A stretch of 61,545 nt of DNA, the filler included, from Choristocarpus tenellus KU-1152 (Eukaryota > Protista > Phaeophyceae): assembly GCA_964200185.2 (NCBI GenBank). It is 11 parts of 11 records of this genome, joined end to end, with 100 filler letters (N's around TTAATTAATTAA, not from the genome) between each part and the next. Parts side by side here need not be neighbours in the genome. Positions count along the whole stretch, not along the records: positions 51,486 to 58,284 come from CAXNAD020007319.1; positions 58,385 to 61,545 come from CAXNAD020021867.1; 9 more parts are not named here. One strand, given 5' to 3'. The position numbers and the translations under genes are program-made. Positions 51,731 through 61,545 of the stretch are shown one piece after another; position 1 is the stretch's first letter; every line of letters starts with the position of its first letter. The notes below the pieces were generated by a model. The model saw nothing but the letters and a program-made list of their open reading frames with translations, was not told where the DNA came from and made no database searches.

Positions 51731-53960
51731 AAATTCTATTTACTATTTGACTACCAGCTATACTACACCGCTCCCCTGCTATGCCTCCAACCTAGCTTAG
51801 CCCTACACCACAGGGCGAGGAGCTAGGGAAGCATCCCAAGAATCTGACAGGCCCCTCCTTGTCCATCTCCCTCGCGTCTCCCGCTTAAAACACATGACAC
51901 GTCTTCATAGAGCCACTTATGTTATGACAGACACTATCTGTCGTAAACGGGATTTAACGGCTCTTTTCCTGCTCTAACCTCCTGCTCCTCTCCCCCCTAC
52001 CGCGTGTGTAGCCAACTCATCCGGAAAACTTTCTACTTGCTTACCAAGGCGCCCCAAACTTTCCATTGGAAAGGTGTTGATGTTAAAACTACGAGGGTCA
52101 AAAGAACCCTCGTAGTGATCAATACATATGTAACAGTATCATTAATAGTATCACTATTATGCGCTCTCCCATTTTGCAGATATGTCAGGGGAAAAGTTAA
52201 AGCCAAAATCACGACCCTTGTAAAAAGAACAGTTTATTATGTAAAAGATACCTCTCCAAAAACAATTTGAATACTAGTTATTATACAACAATGCTCCTTT
52301 TAAAGGTTGGTAATTACAATGTGATATGTAAGTTGTTGCCATGCCTCATCAATATTGGTGATCATTATCACATATGTGTGGTCGAAAAGTAGTCCGAAGA
52401 AGGTACTTCAATCCCAAAATGATTAAGGTCGTCTTAGAGACATGTCCACCATTTCTTCTCCTCTCCACCTTGGTTATTATGTTTTTCATTCCCAACCTCC
52501 CCAAGCAGCAATAAATACAATGAGTGCAACTGACCCAGCAAATCAGAGCCTCAGCTTGCACATCGTTGACCTGATACTCTCACACCCAGACTTCCTAAGA
52601 GCATCTTTGTAGGATAGGAAAAGAATGGTATGATCCTGTTTGTGGAAACTTATGGAACGTAGTAGATGGAATTTGTGTTGATTCATAAAACACTAGGTTA
52701 AAGCGTTATGAACTGGATTGGTATATATGTTCTTGTCTATAAATATAAGGGCAAAACGTAGCGTAGAAGAGTGTTACGTTGTCGAAGGTGTCCAAAATTT
52801 TGGTCAAACACCCTAACCCTAATCACGGGAAAAGTGAAGGTCTAATTTTGATCAGAAGTTCTATTATATCTTTTCAAAAGGGTATTTTAGATTGTGTGTG
52901 GTACATTACTCCTGAACTTCTACAGTGGATCCAACACTTAAAGGGAGGACTGCTTGTGACACTGGTAGAGCACCTGAAGCAATAGCCTGTCGTCTCACCT
53001 TGATGACGTCGAAAATCATGGGGTGAGACCCCTGCAACTGAAGTAGTGTTGCTGAGACTGGGTCCTCGGTCCATGATCCATGTCTTGTTGGTTCTTCTTT
53101 TCCTACCTTGGTAGATGAGGTTTATCACTTCTCGCAGATGCACCTGGAGTTCGAGCTATGTATCTAGAAATCAATAGCCATATCCACCGCTTCCACTCTT
53201 CCATTGCTGCAAAGTAGAAGCTGAGGTACCACTTGAAACTCTTTCCCTTTCTGACCCGTCGATGAAACAGAGTGATAGTTTTTCAAGTCCTTCAACCTAC
53301 CCACCTGGAAGCCTATAACCGCACTCACCATCCTCATCCTCACACTCTGTTTTTGCAATTTATCAGCTCAGCATTGAGGTTGGGAATAGATCTCTATCCC
53401 GTACGCTTTAGCTAAGCCTTCACCTAAACCTTCAGCCAAGTGTGGTGAATCGCAGCGTGGAATCGGACCTAGCATTGAGTGCCTATTGATATAAACAACC
53501 CGCCAGGGTACGCTGCGCTCCTGTCCTTATTTACTGCATTCGGCTGTTAGTTGAGGATTGAACTACAACCATCTAATCTTTGGTAGATCTGTGTCAATCA
53601 CAAGTAACTCTATTAGAGAGTGGCAATTTCGTGCCATAGACTGCACGACCTAGGTGGAACGGGATCATTAAAATGGAAATTGGATAAGGGCAAAAGATTC
53701 ATTTTTGAGTGTTTGTTTGGTCATCACGATTCAGGACCCCGTAATGGCAATGACCTCAATATCACCTATGCCTAGGTGTCTGATCGCAGTCTGTGCAGCC
53801 CCTCTCGTTGAAGGGACCACCACACTGCAAATCCTCGTACACACGATTCGCAACCTCCTTGAACTCGTACGCACATGTGTTTGAAATGATGTACGCTGGA
53901 CTGTTGTCTTGTTTTGGCACCTGCTGTTCAATGTATGTCTCTTGTTACTCAGTAGTTCAG

Positions 53961-55939
53961 ATGCCTCTCCTAGAATCTGGTCGATTTTTTCCTACACCAA
54001 TGTTCTGAGGCTTGAGTCCTCCGGACTCTCGCCCTCTCTTGACCCTCCCTTCAAGATTGAGAAGAGGACGGTTCGATTCAAATCAACATACACCTATGCA
54101 GACACAAAAAATTGTTGTTCCCTATACCGCAGTGGCGGGTGGAGGAGAGGTTGAAAGAGACAGGCGTCTCAGCATCCCTTTGTCACAGTTTTTCACAGCA
54201 TCAATCCTCCCAGTACTACAATTATGCTCTTGTCTATGTGTATACATGTAGATCACAGCACCAGGTGCAGCAAGCAGCACTCCTTTCACCATCCTCTTTT
54301 TGGGAAACCGTGAAAATGCTGCACTCTCCCGCAGGGACTACCGGGACAGCTCATTCCTCACTATAGGTTTTCCCACATCATTATGTTATTTTTGGATAAT
54401 AGCACGCACCCTTACTGTAACCATAGAGCTAACACTACCCCTGCCAGAGAGAGCCTTACCCTCCCCACCCTCCCTCTCCCTTAGGGACTTTTTAAGTTCC
54501 CAACAACTCCTAACCGCCCTGTATTTTATGTAACCCAAACCCTAGGCGCTGGTTGTCACTACGGACCCTGGCTGAAGAACATGTCCGGGAGTGGGATCTT
54601 GATGAGGAGCAGAGGGGAGCAGGGAGAGGGGCCAGGGCAGATGAGAAGGATTCTGCAGAGGTGGGCAAGGAAGTGAAGTTTTGCTTGGAAGGGAGAGAGG
54701 ACCCATTTGGGGGGGCGTGCTTAGAACAAGCCTTTGTATCATGGGTACGCGATAGGGAGATCCAAGATTTTAATGACGATAGATCGAGTTGAGACGGTCC
54801 ATCAGCATTGCCAACGTGATTTGACTGGAGGGGCCATACTTGTGATTTTTGAGGCGCAATCTATGGTGAGGTAATTGGTTGGTAAGCTGTGCTATGTATG
54901 AAGCGGAAGGAGAGGGTGTAGCACGATCCACTCTCTACCCCCTTGCACATGTCGTGTGGAGGGCAACCGTCTTGGATTCAAAATCGCTCACGCCTTTGGT
55001 GAAGTAGAAAACTGATGGTGGTGCCTGTTCTCCTGGCACAGGGGCAGAGGGGTACGACCGCCGGGGGCAGGGGGGGCGGACTTGAGCGTGGCAGGAAGAG
55101 GCAGAGGGTGGAGCAGGTGCGTGTGTGTGTGCATGCGTGCGTGCATGTGTGTGCATGTGTGTGTGTGTGTGTGGTTGAAAAAGGTGTGCAGTCAGTGTAT
55201 GTCCCACGTGCCTGTTGAAAAATATATAGATACAGAGTTTTTGAGTGATGGAGGGCTAGGGCTGGGTTTGGTGTTAGAGACGGCGGATTGCGAGTCTTTT
55301 TGTTGTTGTTGTCAAGGGTTAGGGTTTTTGTGCCTTTGCCCCACCTGCGCTTGAAAGAGACTCGGAGCAAAGGCGGCTCTACGGTGGTTACACGCCGTGT
55401 CGGTCCCAGCACCCTCCTGTATCACTTTTTTTTCTTTTGGGGGGGGGGAGAGGAGAAGGGATTTCGTTGACTCAATAAGGGAGAGAGGCATGGGAGGTGT
55501 GGATTTGAAGGTCTGATTAATGTTTGTGATTAATGTTTGTGATTAATGTTTGTGATCCCCTAGTCGCATCTTCGTGTTGAAGATGTCCTGTCTTCTGATA
55601 CCAGAGTCTGTGTCAGTGGGACCACCACAATGCCATCCATTGATAGTCCCATCCCTTCGCCCTTGCCCGGGCAACCTCCCCGCACGATGCAGGAGGGTCC
55701 AATATCGAGACAAAGTTCCGCACCGGGATCGCTAGCGGGGGCAGGGGCAGGGGCAGGGAATGACGATTCAGCCAGGGAAGAGGGGGGGAGGGGCTCAAGG
55801 ACCCAGGACTCGAATATGTCGGAAGGAAGAGGAGTGACGGCAGGTGGGAGTGCCTCCTGTGGAGGAAGTGCAATGATGCCAATACGAGGGGATAAAGGGT
55901 CAGGTTCGTTGGCTCTGGCAAGCACTGCAAAGTCCAAAG
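53961..55939 (+). CDS. Hypothetical multi-exon protein, partial
   Basis: Five AG/GT-bounded exons in mutually consistent phase: 53961-54070, 54335-54366, 54546-54744, 55042-55116 and 55564-55939. Product includes ..PFKIEKRT/GLPGQLIPHYR/RWLSLRTLAEEHVREWD..LEQAFVSW/GQRG..KRQRVEQ/SHLRVEDVL. No family recognised. Confidence 0.5.
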
Positions 55940-57242
55940 GTGGGTTGTTGAGAGTCCCCCTTCCTTTCCCTCGTTGCAGGCTATGGTAGCAGTGGCAACA
56001 TGTGTGTCATATACCTTGCCCACCTGATGCTCGGTCCGCTCTCCAAGTAGTATCTAGTAGTTTCTAGTAGTGTCTAGTGCTTCCCCCCCCCTTCCCCCCC
56101 GGTGCCTGGGGGTACTGTGCCTAGGGGTCTATTACAGCATGGGTGAGTTAAGGGTTCGTAGGCGTTTGTGTATTGTTTCATGAGGAACAAAAACAATAGG
56201 AAAATTACAGGAAAATGCGGGGATAAACTTCAACTTCAGAACCTGGTTTGTATGATTGGTACCGTCTGTTCTGAGGAGAGTGACTTGTCAACCGTTGAAA
56301 TTTCTTTTGTGTGAATGTGTGTGTGTGGGGGGGAGGGGGGGGTTGCGATTTGGCAGAAAATTATTCTTGTTTGGAGTCAAAAGATTGTACAATATTTTCA
56401 TGATGTCACCAAAAAGAAACAGACGATAAAAAGTTACGCATTTTGATGTGAAGGATTATATTATCATTTGGCAGGGGGGGAATAAGAAATTGTATGGTAA
56501 CAGAAATGCGAAGTTTTCTTCTTTTTTGTAACTATGGTGCCATCAAACATTTGTGATTTTCATTGCACAAAAAATGTGTTCTTTTTTGGTAACTAAAGGC
56601 AACTCTAAAAAAAAAAAAATCAAATGTCACCAATTTGCCAATTTTTTTTCATACAAAAAAGAACACGATTTGGTGACAAGTTTTCCATGTGTATATGGCT
56701 TTCGGTGTGTCATTCTGAGGCACTTCATGGAGCTCTAGCTCTCTAGTGTGTGTGTGTGTGTGTGTGTATGTTGAGGATACGTTTTTCTTAGAACAGAGTG
56801 AATTCTCTCTTTCTTTTTTATTGATTTTTATTCTTTAATAAGTTCCTCGGTCGCACTCCCCTCCCCTCTCCCTTCGTGAATGCTTCATGATTTAAACATT
56901 TTGTAGAATGCATGACCCCTGCAGAGTTGATATATATATATATATATATATTATTTTTTTAATGCTTATGTTTTCTATTTTTATTTTCACTTGTCGAAGG
57001 CTAATGTTGTCTAGAACTTGGAAAATATATGTGAGGCGTCTAGTTTGCATAAGTGTAATGATCGTGTTTATTGTTACACTTGTTACTATTTCAATATTAT
57101 TTTGTAGTACTGCTACTATTATTATTGTTTGAGTGTTGTAGGGTGGAGTGAGAAAATCACAGTTCACAATTTCGCTTGCATAGAATGAATGAATACATTG
57201 TATCAATGCTGCAAAATATGATTGAGTTTGGAATTAAAAAAA

Positions 57243-57737
57243 CTCTACACTACCTGTCACCTTCATGTTAGATTCATTGGAGTGATAATCTACATTACCT
57301 GTCAGCTGCACGTTAGATTCATTGGAGTGATAATCTACATTACCTGTCACCTTCATGTTAGATTCATTGGAGTGATACTTTACATTACCCGTCACCTTCA
57401 TGTTAGATTCATTGGAGTGATACTCTACACCACCTGTCAGCTGCAAGTTAAGTTTCATTGGAGTGATACTCTACACTACCTATCACCTGCAAGTTAAGAT
57501 TCATTGGAGTGATACTCTACACTACCTGTCAGCTGCAAGTTAGATTCATTGGAGTGATACTCTACACTACCTGTCAGCTGCAAGTTAGATTCATTGGAGT
57601 GATACTCTACACTACCTGTCAGCTGCAAGTTAAGATTCATTGGAGTGATACTCTACACTACCTGTCACCTGCAAGTTAAGATTCATTGGAGTGATACTCT
57701 ACACTACCTGTCACCTACATGTTAAGATTCATTGGAG
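57243..57737 (+). repeat. 45/46-bp minisatellite, 11 units
   Basis: Unit CTCTACACTACCTGTCA(C/G)CT(T/G)CA(T/A)GTTA(A)GATTCATTGGAGTGATA, head-to-tail with no unique spacers. Confidence 0.95.
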
Positions 57738-58124
57738 CGATCGATGGCACCATCTTTTTCCTTTTTTTTTAGCAGTGGTCAAAAACGGACGCCGGCACCC
57801 CCCCNNNNNNNNNNTGTGGTTAACCACACACAAACACAAAAAAAAGCGTCCTTTATTTTTTTTTCGACGGTGTTGCTTGAACCCCCCCCCCCCCCAGATA
57901 CTTTGACCCCGGTCAGTGAAGATTGAAGAGTAAAAATAAAATAATCAAAACAAATGTACATGCCAGTCATACATCGGAGAAGTATTCATCCACACAAACA
58001 GAGGACTCAACACCTGTTGAGAATGAGGCAATGCGTTGGATAAATTGTGTTAAATAGAACCACATAGCTCGGGGAGGGCTCATTTTTGTCAGACTAATCT
58101 GGGAATTTCCCATCTATCGCTGAA

Positions 58125-58284
58125 GAGTCAATGTATCTTTTAGAGGGTAGAGCCGCGTCCATTTGGGGGTCAAAATCCAATGTTGCAATTTTGAGTAGGT
58201 AAAATGTCATTAAAAGCCCGTGGGAAGTCAAGCCCCAAATGGACAAACAGGGCAAAACTCGTACCCTCTAAGATACTTTCACTC
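58125..58284 (+). mobile_element. MITE family A, internally deleted copy
   Basis: Both TIRs present, 160 bp long. Confidence 0.8.
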
Positions 58285-58384
58285 NNNNNNNNNNNNNNNN
58301 NNNNNNNNNNNNNNNNNNNNNNNNNNNNTTAATTAATTAANNNNNNNNNNNNNNNNNNNNNNNNNNNNNNNNNNNNNNNNNNNN

Positions 58385-60174
58385 GCCCCAAGGGGAAACA
58401 GCCCGATCCCGTACTCAGTGTACAGGCCCCCACGAACGCCACTCCAATAGCCCCGCTGGATGAGTTGTGACCTGATCCCTGCTTCACCAATTGTCATTGA
58501 GTTGCAATACCTGATATGGTTATGGTTATGGTTGATGTTTCATATCCCCACAAGAGAAAAAAATTCCAACAGCAAGGAAGAGAATAGGGGGACCGGAGAA
58601 GCAGAAGATGGGAAATACGGTGTAAAGAAGCAACACATTTGTCAATGGTGACATATAAGGTACAAGAAACAACATGGGAATGGTGATGCCCAACTCCTCT
58701 CCTCCCTATCCTCTTTTCAGCACGCTCAAATATATTTCTTAAAAGCAAAAAGATCATGTGCAGGAGGAAAGGGTTGTTGTGCCAGTGGTAAGTGGGTAGG
58801 TATGTCACAGCAAGTGTACATGTAAACAGGGACTGCATTTAGTACAACTGTGCATGGGTCAGACGAATGCGTTCCTGGCAATTTGCAAATGTGATGAGGT
58901 TTGGCATTTAGACAAAAAAGACTAGTGTAGTGGATTGGTTTCTTGACATAGGGGTCAAGTGATGACAGGCGGTGCGATGGTGTCTGATCCAGAGGCAAAA
59001 AACGATAGGCAGGGAGAGGGTATCAACAGTCCACAAGAAAACCAAAGAGGGGAGGACACCTCGGACCTGGATATCAGTTGGTTGAGGGCGATGTCCAGAA
59101 CATCATGACACGAAAGTAACTAGGCAGCACGTAGAGGAATTGACAAAAGGATCTAGGGAAGTAGCCTTGCCGGGAATGCACAATGTTGGAAACCGGTCCT
59201 TCACCGCATGAAGAGGCCTGGTTAGGGTTACTACCTGCGGAATGAGTGGACTTGCAAGCGACCCAAATGTACAGTAATGCAGAGCATCCTAGTCCAGTTA
59301 GCATCGCTAACAAACTGGAAGAGTTCAAGAAGAGCCTACTACAGCACGCCGAAGTCCATGACCTTCATTTATGCTTTGGTAATAGTCTTCGAATTCGGCA
59401 CCTTTCCGTCGCTGAGCACAATTGTGGTGGCAGCAATTTACGCCTCTTATCGAGATCACACCTTTTCAGACAAACATCATGACGAGGCAGGTTGACGCTG
59501 GTGCGGGGAGAGGATAGAGCAAGATTTTTTTAGACTCACAGCTTCCCCAGGTACTCGGCGTATATCTCATGGCTCGCTTTGTGGGAGGAGGGAACCAGAA
59601 GCTTGGCCACCTTGATGGTGTTATACACGCGAGCCTCAATCTCGTCATCATTCAAAATATCGTCGAGGTGGTCTTCCAGATCATCCACGCCATCCATACA
59701 TCCTTCCAATTCTCCATGAAGTCCCGAGTTCGCAGGTCCTGGTCTTCCTTCAACTCGCCCCAAGGGTCGACGACCGCTGTAATAGTCCGTGCGATTTGCC
59801 AGGAGACGCAATAGCAGCCTCAAGTACGCTGTGGTGCCACCAAGTAGAGAGTCTGCCAGGTCCGGACGCTCCTTCTCAAGCAAGGTGAGCTGGGTGAGAC
59901 TAGCACACTCGCTGTCGTGGGGGTCTGAGAGATTGCTTTGTAGGCATTGGCGACACACAACAGACCGCTGGCACTTCTTGCATGGTTGAGAGTTGTGGGT
60001 GATAGGCTGGATGCAGACTCGGCAGGATATTAACTCGTATCGATCATTCACGCAACTGACAAAAGGACAAGCTCGTAAAATAACTTGGCCCACTCTGATC
60101 TGCTGCAGGGTGAAGTAGCCCCTTCCCTCACCCTCCACTTCCTTTACCTCCAACAGGTCTTCTGTGGGGTTCAT
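58385..60174 (-). CDS. SMYD-type SET and MYND domain lysine methyltransferase, 3'-truncated by gap
   Basis: Exon 1, 59540-60174: EVKEVEGEGRGYFTLQQIRVGQVILRACPF followed by the MYND-like CRVC..CKKC..VCRQC..H..EC. Exon 2, 58385-58510, joins in phase: GKL/YCNSMTI..YGIGLFPLG, the segment that precedes NHSC. Confidence 0.88.
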
Positions 60175-60331
60175 GTTTGTGGGGTTGAGTGCAATACAAT
60201 AACTCAACCAAACAACAAAAACCAGGAAACCGTCAACGGTCACCCCGAAGCATCTTTCCGTACACACACAGCATATCCTTACCCCTGGGAAATAGAAGGG
60301 TACTAGTCAGTGAAGGCTGTCGAATGCAGTC
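60175..60331. promoter_or_regulatory. Putative bidirectional promoter / 5' UTR region
   Basis: Only 157 bp separate the divergent ATGs of the SMYD and LRR genes. Confidence 0.5.
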
Positions 60332-61404
60332 ATGGCTGTGGTCGATCAAGAATGCGGGCATGGGTGCCAAAGCGTCCAGCCAGGTGTGACTGAAGGAAAC
60401 AAACCATCCAAATGTCTGAAACTGGACACTATCGACAAGGCTGTCGTGCTCGAGGCCACAGGAGAGAGCTGCCTAACCTCTGTCGAGCAGCTCATCTTGA
60501 GGGGAAGAGGTTTCAAGCGATTTGAGAAGAGCTGTTCGTCTGAACTTCTGGGCCTGACGGTGCGCTGGGGCGCTCATTCACCCGATGTTGAACACTAATA
60601 TAATATATCAGGCTTGCTGGTGACCTCGACATTTTGGAGGATTGCTGACCCAACCCCGCAATGCACACCCTGTCGAAGGTTCTGTCTCTGTCCAACAACT
60701 CAATCCGCAGCCTCGACAACTTCGAACACCTGATCAACCTCGTCGAGCTTAACCTCAACTTCAACTACATCACATCGTTGGAGGGTCTCTCTTGCTTGGG
60801 TTTGACACGATTGTTTCTGTCCAACAATCTCCTCACCAGCACCGACGGCCTCGCCACTTTCCAGAGGCTCCATACCATCTGCCTCTTTAAGAACGCCATC
60901 CCTGATCTTCCATCCGCCCTCAAGCACCTCAGGTGAGTGATTCTAAACCTCGTGTCTCCAAGAGATGCTACCATTTACTCGAAGCTCGCATCATAATAAT
61001 GATTGCCCCAATAGTCAAGATTCCGATCGACACGGGTGTGGCAATATTGTGCATGTTGGATCAGGACACTGGTCCGCCTTCGAAGGTTGGATCTCGATGG
61101 GAACCCCTGCTCCAAGGCCTGTGGGTATAAGCAACGTGTGCTTCGGTCGTTTCCGCGCCTTGAGACCCTCGACAGTGAGCATATCACACAGCTTGACCTT
61201 GATCTTTCGAAGCTTTACTTCGAGCAAGGAAACATTCGTGATGTGGCGGCCACTATACGTCCAGGTATTGATCCAGCAGACAGTATAGAGAGCTCCACAT
61301 CAACACCTAGGGAGACCTCACCTATGCTGAGAGATCTTACTCAAGAGCTTCCTCTTGGCAAAGCTCGCGTCCTTCGCTGCGACAGGCTCAACAATGATCC
61401 ACAG
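60332..61404 (+). CDS. SDS22-like leucine-rich repeat protein with LRRcap (LRRC9/centriolin/CEP97-like ciliary LRR class), 3'-partial
   Basis: Exons 60332-60559, 60679-60932 and 61065-61404 in phase. Motifs: VLSLSNNSIRSLDNFEHLINLVELNLNFNYITSLEGL..LTRLFLSNNLL..LRRLDLDGNPC..YKQRVLRSFPRLETLD. Confidence 0.88.
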
Positions 61405-61545
61405 GTTTGAAGAGAACTCTTTGACACGAAGGTCCGCCTTCAGTGCCTTCAAATTCTGGGAGGGATAATGCTTGTAGATAGGCACTCAGCATCTTATCAA
61501 ATATAGATAGCTCTTCCTCGAACCCAAAGTATCTGGGAGGGGGGG

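Noticed and set aside
52992-53029. Hammerhead ribozyme (TTGATGACGTCGAAA within a GTCTCACC/GGTGAGAC stem)
   Set aside because: The core lacks C3 and an NUH cleavage triplet; it is just a hairpin.
57243-57737. CRISPR-like array
   Set aside because: The units are contiguous with no unique spacers, there are no cas genes, and the context is eukaryotic.

Overview
This is eukaryotic nuclear DNA from an intron-rich, transposon-rich genome. TTAGGG repeats, GT-AG introns and ciliary tubulin-code genes suggest a flagellated alga or stramenopile, but that is inference. The window consists of contigs joined by ten artificial 100-bp linkers (N44-TTAATTAATTAA-N44). Spliced genes reconstructed by hand with consistent exon phases: an LRRC49-like gene (5'-partial), a complete 7-exon MFSD6-like MFS transporter, three exons of a TTLL3/8-type tubulin glycylase, a 5-exon unknown gene, and a head-to-head pair of a SMYD (SET/MYND) methyltransferase and an SDS22-type LRR gene. 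The intergenic DNA holds four decayed mariner-like transposases (DD39D/DD40D type), a TIR-bounded hAT relic and three related MITE families with 3-bp TSDs. It also holds a dispersed stem-loop plus (TAA)-tail family, 20-bp and 45-bp minisatellites, and a diverged ~150-bp higher-order repeat array that looks like a decayed repeat-protein gene. No CRISPR array, Fanzor/TnpB, rRNA or intact tRNA was found. Most ORFs in the supplied track are spurious.
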